Positions 10,015 to 19,814 of a stretch of 64,000 nt of DNA are shown here, piece after piece (positions within the stretch are counted from its first letter, which is position 1; each line of letters begins with the position of its first letter). The DNA is taken from IMG/VR virus record IMGVR_UViG_3300020048_000048, positions 32,001 to 96,000 of that record; one strand, 5' to 3'. The notes under the pieces were generated by a model, which worked only from the letters and a program-made list of their open reading frames with translations, did not search any database and was not told the origin of the DNA. The translations under genes were made by a program, and so were the position numbers. The stretch is from a virus.

Positions 10015-10239
10015 TCAACTTTGTTCTTCTTCGTCTCTTTCGTCTTTTTTTCCAATTTTACTACTTTCATAAGCATTCGCTCCAGCAACACCACAACAAA
10101 CAGTTGCTATGGCTAATGACACATCAAAATCTTTCTTAATACCTAAAACTAAAAGGGTTCCAATACCAACAAGAGCAACAACGGTTCTCCTGTCAAGAAG
10201 ATGAAAAATTATCTCCTTTGTATTTTTACCCCTACTCAT
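10015..10239 (-). CDS. Holin-like small membrane protein
   Basis: Two hydrophobic segments, charged C-terminus; start revised to 10239. Confidence 0.5.
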   Translation of the reverse strand: MSRGKNTKEIIFHLLDRRTVVALVGIGTLLVLGIKKDFDVSLAIATVCCGVAGANAYESSKIGKKDERDEEEQS

Positions 10240-10240
10240 T

Positions 10241-10861
10241 TTAGATTTCCACCTTATAAGATTTTGCAACTTTCATCCCAGTTTCAACATCCTTTCGGAA
10301 TGCTTGAACAACTTCTAAAGGAATCTTCTCACCATCTTTAAGACGTGAGGTAAGTTCTTTCATATAATCGTTTTGAGATTTTTTTACTGGAGCTTTTTCT
10401 TGTTGAGGTGTATTATTAGAAGCTTTAAAGCCACCACTTGCCATCATTTCTATTTTCTTTTCTAAAGCCTTAATAGACTTTTGAACTTCTTGAACTTCAG
10501 GGGATGGTGCAGACCTTGATTCTAACTCTTGTTGAAGCATTTGAATCAAAGATTGAATAGCTTCAGGAGGTAAAGATTTTGCCATTTGAATAATAGCTTC
10601 CTCACCTTGAGAACCATCATCTTCTTGAGGAGCTTGAGAAGGATCTTGAGCAGGGGATTGACCTTGAGAGGGGTCTTGGTCAGGAGCTGGTTGCTCAGGA
10701 GATTGACCTTCTTGAGGTTGTGAGGGGTCTTGGTCAGGAGCAGGTTGTGAACTAGGATCACTTTGCTCAGGTTGTTTTTCAAAATCCATAGAAGGATCTG
10801 GCATGGATTTTAAAACCTTGTTCAATTGTTCTACTTGTTTTATCATATCTTCTAGTTTCAT
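10241..10861 (-). CDS. Scaffold-like protein with PAPDQDPSQ repeats
   Basis: Acidic/Pro/Gln low complexity plus coiled coil; late operon. Confidence 0.5.
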   Translation of the reverse strand: MKLEDMIKQVEQLNKVLKSMPDPSMDFEKQPEQSDPSSQPAPDQDPSQPQEGQSPEQPAPDQDPSQGQSPAQDPSQAPQEDDGSQGEEAIIQMAKSLPPEAIQSLIQMLQQELESRSAPSPEVQEVQKSIKALEKKIEMMASGGFKASNNTPQQEKAPVKKSQNDYMKELTSRLKDGEKIPLEVVQAFRKDVETGMKVAKSYKVEI

Positions 10862-10873
10862 AACTACTCCTTA

Positions 10874-11341
10874 TTAATGTCCAAATTGTGAAATTTGGAT
10901 ACCATGACCAAGAGTATATTTATAAGAACCTTCAACCGCAACACCATCAAGAGCAACTGTCTTTGGCATCGTTCCTGATGCTGTACAGAATACTTTTACT
11001 GTTGCTTGTTTGTGGGCACGAATAATCATAAGTAGGTCTTGAATTTCCATAAGTTTTGACATTGGAAGATCTTCAACCAACACTTCAAACATAATTCCAC
11101 CAGAAAGTTTTTGATCGCCAATAACAGACATCATACGTCTATTATCGCCCCATGATTTTGCAGAGTCAACAAGTTTTACAATAACTTGTTTTTGACCAGC
11201 AGATGGTGTTTCAGATTCAAAGTTCATCCGAATATGTGCATCATTTCCATCAAATTGAACTTGATGAGAAACGGGTTTGATAGATCTAACTTCCATTGCA
11301 GAAAGTAAGCCATCAATTTCTTGTATTAACCTTGAGTTCAT
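10874..11341 (-). CDS. Hypothetical virion protein
   Basis: AAGGAGG SD; late-motif variant upstream. Confidence 0.65.
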   Translation of the reverse strand: MNSRLIQEIDGLLSAMEVRSIKPVSHQVQFDGNDAHIRMNFESETPSAGQKQVIVKLVDSAKSWGDNRRMMSVIGDQKLSGGIMFEVLVEDLPMSKLMEIQDLLMIIRAHKQATVKVFCTASGTMPKTVALDGVAVEGSYKYTLGHGIQISQFGH

Positions 11342-11375
11342 TTTTGAACCTCCTTTTAGTTACAAATTTACTTCA

Positions 11376-11383
11376 ATATTTTA
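11376..11383 (-). promoter_or_regulatory. Putative late promoter TAAAATAT
   Basis: Variant motif upstream of 11341. Confidence 0.45.
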
Positions 11384-11460
11384 ACAAAAAATGTGAAAAA
11401 ATAAAGAAGAACAAAAACAACGATAAAAAAACATTGTCATATCAAAAGGATAACAATATT

Positions 11461-11491
11461 AAAAAAAAATCCTTACTTAAAAAAGTAAGGA
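11461..11491 (-). terminator. Intrinsic terminator
   Basis: TCCTTACTT/AAGTAAGGA stem plus T-run. Confidence 0.7.
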
Positions 11492-11497
11492 AAAGAT

Positions 11498-12061
11498 TTA
11501 AAGATTTAAGCCAACCCCTATCCCAAACGTTAAATCTTGTTGAACAAAAATATTAACCTCAAACATTCCTTTTTCAATACCAACTTGACCAAAATATTTC
11601 AATTTACTGTCTTCTAAAAAAGCACCTACACCAATTTTGTAAGACGAATTTGACTCAATTTTTTCAAAAGTCTTTTCTTTTTCTATTTCCAATTTTTCAT
11701 TAACCTCCAAAGTAGCCTCCTTTGAAGATTCTTCTTTGGATTCTATTTTTTCTTCTTTTATTAACTCTTCTTTTGTTTCTGAAGACTTCTCTTCAACAAT
11801 ATAGATAACTTCCTTTCCAGAAGGTTCTTTAACAATTTTTGTAACCGTTTTTGTATTCACTTTTTCTTCTTTTTTAGAATTTTCTTCTTTTAATATTAAA
11901 ATTTCTTTTTTAAGAGATTCAGTTAAAGACATGTCTAACTCTTTTACAGAAATTATCTTTTCTCTTTCAACTTCTTTTATAGAAATTTCTTTAGGCTTGA
12001 AAAAAGAATAAGAAAAACCTACCAACAATCCAGCTATTAAAAAATAATATTCATTTTTCAT
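11498..12061 (-). CDS. Membrane-anchored protein with Glu/Lys-rich linker and C-terminal beta strands
   Basis: N-terminal TM; ends FGIGVGLNL. Confidence 0.6.
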   Translation of the reverse strand: MKNEYYFLIAGLLVGFSYSFFKPKEISIKEVEREKIISVKELDMSLTESLKKEILILKEENSKKEEKVNTKTVTKIVKEPSGKEVIYIVEEKSSETKEELIKEEKIESKEESSKEATLEVNEKLEIEKEKTFEKIESNSSYKIGVGAFLEDSKLKYFGQVGIEKGMFEVNIFVQQDLTFGIGVGLNL

Positions 12062-12303
12062 ACATTTCTCTCAATCAGTTTTAAAAGTAACGTTTCTTTA
12101 TCAAGATCGTCAAAACAATCTTCATATATTTGCATCGAAACTTCCAATGCTCCAAAAAGTGCAAAAATTACTTCTTTGGGATAAACTTCCCAATATCTTG
12201 AGATAATATCTGTAATCTCATGGTTAATATCCTGAACAATGCCCACTTGTTTAACAAGCTCTTTTTCTTGCCTCTTTTTATCCAAAGATCTCACATTCTC
12301 CAT
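12058..12303 (-). CDS. Hypothetical protein
   Basis: GAGGTG SD; own promoter motif. Confidence 0.65.
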   Translation of the reverse strand: MENVRSLDKKRQEKELVKQVGIVQDINHEITDIISRYWEVYPKEVIFALFGALEVSMQIYEDCFDDLDKETLLLKLIERNV

Positions 12304-12325
12304 AAAACACCTCTTGCTTTACTTA

Positions 12326-12353
12326 CTTAACGGAATTTATTTAAAAAACTTTA
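12326..12353 (-). promoter_or_regulatory. Sigma-28-like promoter
   Basis: TAAAG-N15-CCGTTAAG. Confidence 0.8.
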
Positions 12354-13524
12354 ATAATTCTTCTAATTTTTCCTGAAAAAGTTTTTGTAAATTCTTATCC
12401 TCAAAGAATATCTTAACTCTCTTACCATCCCTTAAAGCAGAACGCCAAATTGATTGTTGAACTTTGTCAAACATAATCCCATCAGCATCATCTCCAAAAA
12501 CATCATCAATATTGTTAAATTTACTTCCAGCAAAGACATTAATTTTGTTCAAATTCCTATAAACATTGCTCCCAGTTTTATTCAAATGAATGCTGTTTTT
12601 GCAGGAATTTTTACCCTTCTGTTTTTTTGTAAGAATTGTTAAAACATCATTACCATCTTTAAATGGAACGTCTACATAGGTAATATTTTTTAAAGCTTTT
12701 TTTAATAAATCTATATTTTTTTCACCAAAAACAATATTCGCTCCACCGAACATTTGATTATACTTATTAAAATGGAAGATACTCGCACTCATAACCACTT
12801 GAGTTTTAAAACAGTGATTCAACTTCTCAAAAGTATTTTTATCATCATTAACGATTGAATATAGCCATTTAAATTTTAAAGCCTCTTTTTTTACATGATT
12901 ATGAGCTTCATCGTCAGATTTTTTAAATTTTCTTGCCAATTTAAAATTATGGTTACAACCTTCAAAACCCTCTTTATTATAAGGATAAAGGTATCTTAAA
13001 AAACTATATGGAATTTCATCAAAAATAATCTTTGTATTTTTTAAATTCCATGAAAGGTTATAGATAGATTCGGAAGTAATGATTTTAACTTTAGATTTCT
13101 TAAACTTTTCATTAGCAATTAATGCTTTTGCCTTTGATGATTCTTTATAATTAAGAGTTTCTGAAATAAAATCATTTTCTTTTTCCAAAATTCTATTAAT
13201 CCAAACTTTGTCCTGTATTGAATAATATGAATTTTCAATTTCTTGTAAATCCTCTGAAGTAACATCTTTGCCCATTTTTATAAATAATTTTTTCATATAA
13301 TATGTGGTATTTGTCGGATCAATTAGTTTAATTTTTCTTTTTAACCTTATTAAAAACTCTAATATCTCTATTCTTCTAAAACATGCGTATACTAATGTTT
13401 CATCACTTCTTCCTAACAATATCTCAACTACTAAGTTAATAACCTCCTCTGTCTTTCCACTCCCAGTCCAAGCACTGTAAAAATAAAAACCATCGTTCTT
13501 TAGAATATCCGACAACTCACTCAT
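12337..13524 (-). CDS. SF2-like helicase/ATPase, possible origin-binding protein
   Basis: AWTGSGKT (Walker A), IIFDE (Walker B), MSAS (motif III), QQSIWRSALR (motif VI-like). Confidence 0.6.
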   Translation of the reverse strand: MSELSDILKNDGFYFYSAWTGSGKTEEVINLVVEILLGRSDETLVYACFRRIEILEFLIRLKRKIKLIDPTNTTYYMKKLFIKMGKDVTSEDLQEIENSYYSIQDKVWINRILEKENDFISETLNYKESSKAKALIANEKFKKSKVKIITSESIYNLSWNLKNTKIIFDEIPYSFLRYLYPYNKEGFEGCNHNFKLARKFKKSDDEAHNHVKKEALKFKWLYSIVNDDKNTFEKLNHCFKTQVVMSASIFHFNKYNQMFGGANIVFGEKNIDLLKKALKNITYVDVPFKDGNDVLTILTKKQKGKNSCKNSIHLNKTGSNVYRNLNKINVFAGSKFNNIDDVFGDDADGIMFDKVQQSIWRSALRDGKRVKIFFEDKNLQKLFQEKLEELLKFFK

Positions 13525-13565
13525 TTTCTTACCTCTTTCGTTCGTACTCCTTTTGCCTTAACTTA

Positions 13566-13594
13566 CTTAACGAACTTTTTTAACAAAAACTTTA
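13566..13594 (-). promoter_or_regulatory. Sigma-28-like promoter (variant)
   Basis: TAAAG-N16-TCGTTAAG. Confidence 0.65.
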
Positions 13595-14326
13595 ATTTAT
13601 TTTTAACATTTCTTTTAAGTATTTGATTTTATTAGACTGTAAACATTCGTTGCATAATGTACTAACCTTACCTTTAAGTCGTAAAATGAGTGAAAAGTTA
13701 TTCATACAGTAGTAAGAAAACTTAGTGTTATTTTTAATATTATAAAACAATAAAAAACACATACTTTTCCTTTATTAATCAACATAATTTTTCTGTAAAA
13801 TCTACTACCTCTCTCAATTTTAACCAAAACTGATAATATCACCATCCTTCCGATAAGAAAAAAAAAAGAAAAAAACCTTAAGCTTATAACTAATTGATTA
13901 GCACTTCCTTTTCAAAGCCTTTAATTTTGATCTTACTAAACTCTAACTGATTACTCCTTATTAAATCTTGGTAGTCAAGTAGAGCCTTAGTATTGACTTT
14001 TTTTTCTTTTTTTTCTCAAAAGGCAATTAAAGATCGTTCTGATTGATAATCAACGTGAACCTACTACTTCTAAAATTTCTTTTAAAAGACCACTTCGCTT
14101 CGCTACGTTTAGGTTACATTCGCTAACGCTCATTCCAGTTACCAGTTAAGAACAGATATACACCACAGCTTATTAGTTTGACCCACATTTAATCTTAGTA
14201 GACACAAATGAACAAACATCTTAACCACTAAAAACAAATCAACCAGAGCCAAAAGAATGCTTTTTAGAGCATAACCTATTAAAAACAACATTTTAAAAAA
14301 TACGTTCATATTTTCTCAATAAAGAC

Positions 14327-14354
14327 TAAAGTTTTCATTACAAGGTCCGATATA
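14327..14354 (+). promoter_or_regulatory. Sigma-28-like promoter
   Basis: TAAAGTTT-N11-TCCGATAT, close to SigD/FliA consensus. Confidence 0.8.
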
Positions 14355-14371
14355 AATAATAGGAGGTAATT

Positions 14372-14806
14372 ATGAAAAAATTATTATTAACAATTCTTTT
14401 AGTAGCTTGTGGTAGAGAAGAGTTTGATCCAAGACCAGCAGATATTAAGACTTACACAAACAACATTACGGTTACTCAATCAATTTTAGAAAATGTTGAA
14501 TCAGTTAAAAGACATATGGGAATAAATAAGTCAATTTCAGTTATTATTGAAGATTTGGAGTTTAACTTGGGAGAATGCCGTTCTTACAAAACAGAAGGAT
14601 ATATTGTTATGAGTTCAAAATCGCTTCAAAATGAAGATGTGTTTAATTATATTTTGGCTCATGAACTCTCTCACTGTGTGTTTAATTTAAAGCATGTAGA
14701 ACCAAAATTTGAAGGGTCTTGTCAAACTGAACTAATGCATTATCAAGTTGATGTCACAAATTTGGAATGTTTAAGAAAAGTTTATAGCAGTCTCAAGAAA
14801 AATTAA
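14372..14806 (+). CDS. Lipoprotein zinc metallopeptidase
   Basis: MKK-hydrophobic-LVAC lipobox; HELSHCVFNLKH (HExxH plus third His). Confidence 0.7.
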   Translation: MKKLLLTILLVACGREEFDPRPADIKTYTNNITVTQSILENVESVKRHMGINKSISVIIEDLEFNLGECRSYKTEGYIVMSSKSLQNEDVFNYILAHELSHCVFNLKHVEPKFEGSCQTELMHYQVDVTNLECLRKVYSSLKKN

Positions 14807-14832
14807 AGTTTTTTTAAAAAAGTTCCGTTAAG
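14804..14832 (+). promoter_or_regulatory. Sigma-28-like promoter
   Basis: TAAAG-N16-CCGTTAAG. Confidence 0.75.
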
Positions 14833-14868
14833 ACATAAGATGAAGATTTTTTAGAAAGGAAAATTATT

Positions 14869-15978
14869 ATGTTTGAGAATGAAGATCGTCCAGAAGGACT
14901 TAAGGTTGAAATTCCTGAAGATTTTGATTATGATTTTGTAAGTGAGTTGCCAGCTCCAGAAATACCAAAAGAAGAAGAAAGAGTTGTAAATCTTTTCCCT
15001 GAAATGGCTGAGGCAAAATTAGAAGCAATTAAACTGTATAACCAAAAACAACAACTTGAGAAAGCGAAAATAGAACAACAACTTGCACAGTTTAAAGAAT
15101 TGCAAGAGTTTGATAACCTTCAAAAGAACGCACTTAATCAATCTATAAGTGTTGACTTAGATGAAGTTAATATGGAGTATTATAAATATTTATCTTGTGG
15201 AGATTTTGCTAATATTAGGTTCTTTAACACACTTTACTTTATTGGTGGTTATACTAATTCTGGCAAATCAATCTTAGCAAGAAGTATTCTTGTTCATATT
15301 TGTAAAACAGATAATATTAAGGTGCTTTATTTTACGCCAGAGACAAGTATTGAACAAACTGCAACAAAACTAAAAGAATATGAAGCAATACACCGTGACG
15401 ACAATTTAAAGAAAAATATTAAAAATAATGTCATTTTTAATGATGACGTAAAAACTGTTGATGGAGTGGAACGAAAAATAAAAATGTGGTTATTAGAAAA
15501 TCCTACTGGTGAAAGGGTTATTATGATCGACTACATGCAAATGTTTCAAGGAGTCGGTAAACAATGCGACATTTACCCTATTTTGACACAGAAACTTTTG
15601 AACCTTGTAAAAAATACTGGCATTTCAGTTTTTTTATTTGCGCAGTTGCGAAACAAATTAAAAAAAGATACTGACTTTAAAAGTCGTATCTCTAATAGTT
15701 ACAATTGCGCCAATGCCGTGCAAGAGTTGGTCGAGATTTCAAGGGATGACAATTCTCCAGTAAAAAGTTTACTTACTTACCACAAGACAAAACAGGACAT
15801 TCCACTACCTGAAACTCCTATATATTACCATCCTGATTGTAAGATGTTGTTAACAGACGAGCCAACTGAACAATCAATTGAAAACTACAGTATGAAGTTT
15901 GGATGGAAGCCTATTAATGAATCAAGTGATGATGTGGAAATATTTTTAAAGGAGGACAATAATAATGGAAATGCTTGA
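14869..15978 (+). CDS. DnaB-like (SF4) replicative helicase
   Basis: GGYTNSGKS, FTPE, MIDYMQ, LFAQL motifs. Confidence 0.75.
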   Translation: MFENEDRPEGLKVEIPEDFDYDFVSELPAPEIPKEEERVVNLFPEMAEAKLEAIKLYNQKQQLEKAKIEQQLAQFKELQEFDNLQKNALNQSISVDLDEVNMEYYKYLSCGDFANIRFFNTLYFIGGYTNSGKSILARSILVHICKTDNIKVLYFTPETSIEQTATKLKEYEAIHRDDNLKKNIKNNVIFNDDVKTVDGVERKIKMWLLENPTGERVIMIDYMQMFQGVGKQCDIYPILTQKLLNLVKNTGISVFLFAQLRNKLKKDTDFKSRISNSYNCANAVQELVEISRDDNSPVKSLLTYHKTKQDIPLPETPIYYHPDCKMLLTDEPTEQSIENYSMKFGWKPINESSDDVEIFLKEDNNNGNA

Positions 15979-17227
15979 AAAATTAACATGGGTAAGCTTT
16001 TTAAGTGGCGTAAGGTTAACTAAAATTGATAAAGGTATTTTTTATCTAATAAAAAAATGGATTGCTAGGGATACTTTTGGATGTATGGAACAGTATTTTC
16101 ACTTAAAAAAAGCTCGTGCGTGGGAAGTGATACAAAAAGAGATTGAAGTTTATAATGATAAAATGGAACCATACAATGACAAATTTGAAGAAGTTATTCA
16201 AAAAAGTAAGGGAAGTGTTAACCCCAATGACGTAATCACTTTAGGGAGTTTTAGAACTCATCTTTATTCAATGATGGGGAATCTACATAAAACAAATAAT
16301 ACCTTTTATATTGTGGACGGGTTACTCCCAGAAGTTCATGGTAATGAGCAATTACCGTTTATTCCTGTTGGACACTTAAGTGACGAGTATCGTCCTTTTG
16401 GTTTAAAAAAACATAGAGAATGGATTGAAGGTAAAGATTGCAATGATTCGAGTAATTTTTATATAGGGTTTACGGATGCATTTTTGAAAAATAAAGAGAC
16501 AGAGAAGTTTTTAAAGGTTGTTCTGTTTTTAGTTTATTATCATGTAAACACTGATAAGATTATTCAGAAGTTTATGAATTTCACAATGGGAAGATATAAG
16601 TTGGTTTATAATTTAGAACGACCTTATGCGGAGACTAAAAATTTTAGTATTTTTTTAATTTATGGGATTCCTGCTGATGTTCTTGCTAGATATTGCGCAG
16701 AAGAAGGAATTTATAACCACACTGTCACTCATATATATATGAGTCCTAATTATGAAAAGAAGTTTTTTAAAGTATTATATGAAGAGCAGAAATGGTGGAA
16801 GGTGAAATTAGATGCGATGGTGGAATATGCAAAAAAGAAGGAAGAGGAGATGAAGAACAGTCCAGCGGTAGAAGATGTCACTAAGGAAGATGTCACTAAG
16901 GAAGATGTCACTAAGGAAGATAGTAAACTTGATGATAGTAAACTTGATGATAGTAAACTTGATGATAGTAAACTTGATGATAGTAAACTTGATGATAGTA
17001 AACTTGATGATAGTAAACTTGATGATAGTAAACTTGATGATAGTAAACTTTTCAAAGTATTAGAACTTTTGCTAAAAGGTAAAACTTTTAAACAAATTGA
17101 AGACGAAACTGGTTTAAAGAATCTTTTAATAGCTCGTAAAAGTAAAAAAGCTCAAGAACTTGGAATTATAAAGAACACAGGAACAACAAGAAGTCCTAAA
17201 TGGATTAAAGGAGAAAATTATGTGTGA
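15965..17227 (+). CDS. Hypothetical protein with pentapeptide repeat linker and C-terminal HTH
   Basis: EDVTK x3, EDSKL, DDSKL x8; LLLKGKTFKQIEDETG HTH-like. Confidence 0.65.
   Translation: MEMLEKLTWVSFLSGVRLTKIDKGIFYLIKKWIARDTFGCMEQYFHLKKARAWEVIQKEIEVYNDKMEPYNDKFEEVIQKSKGSVNPNDVITLGSFRTHLYSMMGNLHKTNNTFYIVDGLLPEVHGNEQLPFIPVGHLSDEYRPFGLKKHREWIEGKDCNDSSNFYIGFTDAFLKNKETEKFLKVVLFLVYYHVNTDKIIQKFMNFTMGRYKLVYNLERPYAETKNFSIFLIYGIPADVLARYCAEEGIYNHTVTHIYMSPNYEKKFFKVLYEEQKWWKVKLDAMVEYAKKKEEEMKNSPAVEDVTKEDVTKEDVTKEDSKLDDSKLDDSKLDDSKLDDSKLDDSKLDDSKLDDSKLDDSKLFKVLELLLKGKTFKQIEDETGLKNLLIARKSKKAQELGIIKNTGTTRSPKWIKGENYV
16871..17050 (+). repeat. 15-bp tandem repeat array, 12 units
   Basis: 3x GAAGATGTCACTAAG, 1x GAAGATAGTAAACTT, 8x GATGATAGTAAACTT. 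Confidence 0.95.
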
Positions 17228-17290
17228 TTTTTTTGAAGGAATCTCTAACTAACTATTTTACCCCTATTGTAAAAATGGTCAAAAATAAAT

Positions 17291-17318
17291 TAAAGTTTTT
17301 AAAAAAAGTTCCGTTAAG
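17291..17318 (+). promoter_or_regulatory. Sigma-28-like promoter
   Basis: TAAAG-N15-CCGTTAAG. Confidence 0.8.
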
Positions 17319-17339
17319 ATGTTAAACGGAGGTTTTTAT

Positions 17340-18029
17340 ATGGAAATTAATTTAAAAATAAAAGAAAAAAATTGCACAGTTGAACGTCAGGTTTTGGAGG
17401 ATTTAAAATCTTTCCAAAGTTTTTTTGGTGATGGTCAAGTTTTTAATTACCCGTTAACAACTATTAATGGCGTGATTGAGGGGAATGTTGCAACAATAAC
17501 AAATGGCAACATAATAAGTCATTCTAATACTGGATATGGTATTGTTGTTATGGATACAAATTTAATAAAGATTGAAGGGGATTTCTCTTCAGCTTTAAAA
17601 GATGATTATATCGAAACTTACAATGCGAGCCTTCCTAACCAAAAGGTTGCAAAAGTGGTTGAAGTAAAGTCAGATTGTATTTTGGTTGAAAACTTAGGTT
17701 TTACAAATGAAATTGTAACTGGCAATTTAAGAATATTTAGACCAGTTGCAAGACCGTTAGATTTTGTAAAAGTGTATGATAATATTTACAAAGTGTCTTC
17801 AATTACTTCTTCAAAAGCAATTTTAGATACAACAGTTGGGTATTTTGAAGGAGAAATTTCTTTTTCAAAAAGAATTATTGATTATATTTACTTAGAGTCT
17901 GAAAAAATGACAAATGTTAAACTAAATGGTGTTAATTATTACACCAATTTAATGTTAATAAGAGGTCAATTCAATTCACTAATAGTTGAAGGTGAATCTT
18001 ATGTTGTATTTTCAGAGGTATCTAAATAA
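17340..18029 (+). CDS. Hypothetical beta-rich protein upstream of portal
   Basis: GGAGG SD before ATG 17340. Confidence 0.65.
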   Translation: MEINLKIKEKNCTVERQVLEDLKSFQSFFGDGQVFNYPLTTINGVIEGNVATITNGNIISHSNTGYGIVVMDTNLIKIEGDFSSALKDDYIETYNASLPNQKVAKVVEVKSDCILVENLGFTNEIVTGNLRIFRPVARPLDFVKVYDNIYKVSSITSSKAILDTTVGYFEGEISFSKRIIDYIYLESEKMTNVKLNGVNYYTNLMLIRGQFNSLIVEGESYVVFSEVSK

Positions 18030-19813
18030 TGGAAACATTAAATTTTGAAGTAAATGAGATTGTTGAAAAAATGGCTTCTCCAGAAGTTAAAAGAATTTTT
18101 AAATCTGGAGGTATGGTTATTAAGGGTGAAAATCACACTTCATACATTCCTAATGAAGTAGAAAATTCATCACCAAAGGTTATTTGGAATCAGGATGAGT
18201 TAAATTATTACTCAGGCATTCTCCCTATTTGGGAAAAGAAAAATGTTATCTCAAGTGGGATGGTTCGCCTTACAGATAGGGTTTTAAAAACTTATGTAAG
18301 ACTTGATCTTGATATTTCTTCAATCATTGAGACACGAGTTGCACAAACAACCGTGTTCGCTCATGAGAGTGAAAATAAATTTGACCGAGGTTTTACAATT
18401 AGGTCAAAAAATGATAACATTAGTGAAGAACAGCTTCATGAAGTTGTTAAATGGATTGAAAAGTGCGGAATGAGTGACGATAGTATTTTTAAAGGGAAAG
18501 ATTCTTACTATTCTCGTTATTCATTTTCAGACTACATTCAATCTCAAACAAGAAATATTCTTGTTTTTGGTCGATGTGCAAGAGAGAATATTCTTGTAGA
18601 TGGTAGAGTTGAACATTTTAGACCAATACCAGTTGAAATGTTACATCCAATCAGAATCGGTGAATTTAACCACACAATTGAAATTATTAAGTCAAATAAA
18701 ATTAATAATGAAGAGTCAGTTGTTTTATCTCAATTTTTAAATGAAAATCAAGACATTCCTGCTTGGTGTGAAATTGTTAATAATAAAATTTCACAATTAT
18801 GGTTAGATAAACAAATAACTTTAAGTTATTGGCAAAAACAAGCTGAAATGGATCTTCAAAATATTCCCTATGCACCTTTGGAACTTTGTTTGTCTTTAAC
18901 AACATTAAGTCAAGGTGTTCATGAGTGGTTGGTGAAACAATTTCAAGGAGGTATTTTAAATTCAGGTATTCTAAATTTAAAAACCGAAGATGGAACGTCT
19001 TTGGATGATGAAACAATTGATCACATTGCAGATTATGTGACAAATGTTTTAGCTGGAAATTCCAATTCTGCAAGAGTTCCTGTTTTAAGTGGAAATTTTG
19101 ATATACAAGTTACACCATTGATGGGTGAAAAAGATCTTCAATGGCAAGAAGCACGTTGGGAAATTAAAAGGGTGTGGTGTTCCATATTCCAAATTTCTCC
19201 AGAAGAACTTTCTTGGGGTAAATTAGGTGACACCTCTTCTATGGTAGGTTCTACACAACTTGGAAAATCTTGGGAGCAATCAGAGGAACATGGTCTTCGT
19301 TCAATTTTGGACATTTTAGCTGATGATATTCAAAAAGCAGTTGATTCAAAATTTGGTGAAGATACTTTTGAATTTGTATTTACTGGGATTGGTATTGACT
19401 CAAGAGAAGAGGCTCTTGAGAGGGCTTCTAAAGGTCAACAAATTTACTCAAGCCAAAATGATATTAATAAATCTATTGGTTTAGAGTTATTAGATAAAGA
19501 ATCTGGCGGTGATGTTATTTTGTCACCTATGTTCCATCAAAATGTTATTAGATATATGATGTATGGCGATTTTATGGAACGGTTTTTTGGTAAAAAAGGT
19601 TGGGGTCAAAAGCCAGAATTTCAATTCATTATTGACCCGACTTTAAACCAAGGTTATATGCAAATGTTACAAATGCAACAACAATCACAAATGCAACAGA
19701 CGCAACCTCAACAACAAGAACAGGACGAAGGTTTGAGAGGTGGTGATAAAGGGTTAAAAGGTAACGATAAGAGCTTAAGAAGTCAACAAGACTCAAAACA
19801 AGAGGAGAAGTGA
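18029..19813 (+). CDS. Portal protein
   Basis: APLELCL..FQGG..GIL, NSARVPVL, DLQWQE..CSIFQISPEEL resemble HK97/Herelleviridae portals. Confidence 0.8.
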   Translation: METLNFEVNEIVEKMASPEVKRIFKSGGMVIKGENHTSYIPNEVENSSPKVIWNQDELNYYSGILPIWEKKNVISSGMVRLTDRVLKTYVRLDLDISSIIETRVAQTTVFAHESENKFDRGFTIRSKNDNISEEQLHEVVKWIEKCGMSDDSIFKGKDSYYSRYSFSDYIQSQTRNILVFGRCARENILVDGRVEHFRPIPVEMLHPIRIGEFNHTIEIIKSNKINNEESVVLSQFLNENQDIPAWCEIVNNKISQLWLDKQITLSYWQKQAEMDLQNIPYAPLELCLSLTTLSQGVHEWLVKQFQGGILNSGILNLKTEDGTSLDDETIDHIADYVTNVLAGNSNSARVPVLSGNFDIQVTPLMGEKDLQWQEARWEIKRVWCSIFQISPEELSWGKLGDTSSMVGSTQLGKSWEQSEEHGLRSILDILADDIQKAVDSKFGEDTFEFVFTGIGIDSREEALERASKGQQIYSSQNDINKSIGLELLDKESGGDVILSPMFHQNVIRYMMYGDFMERFFGKKGWGQKPEFQFIIDPTLNQGYMQMLQMQQQSQMQQTQPQQQEQDEGLRGGDKGLKGNDKSLRSQQDSKQEEK

Positions 19814-19814
19814 T

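Larger units (their letters stand above)
13525..14371. other. Long non-coding region, candidate replication origin or genome end
   Basis: No ORF >=60 aa; promoter motifs diverge from it; A/T tracts; CGCT repeats at 14094-14130. Confidence 0.55.

Noticed and set aside
13525-14371. tRNA genes
   Set aside because: No cloverleaf or T-loop pattern recognised by eye; tRNAscan not run
16871-17050. CRISPR array
   Set aside because: Contiguous in-frame units with no spacers
16750-17063. ORFs 16750..17055 (-) and 16875..17063 (+)
   Set aside because: Stop-free frames created by the tandem repeat
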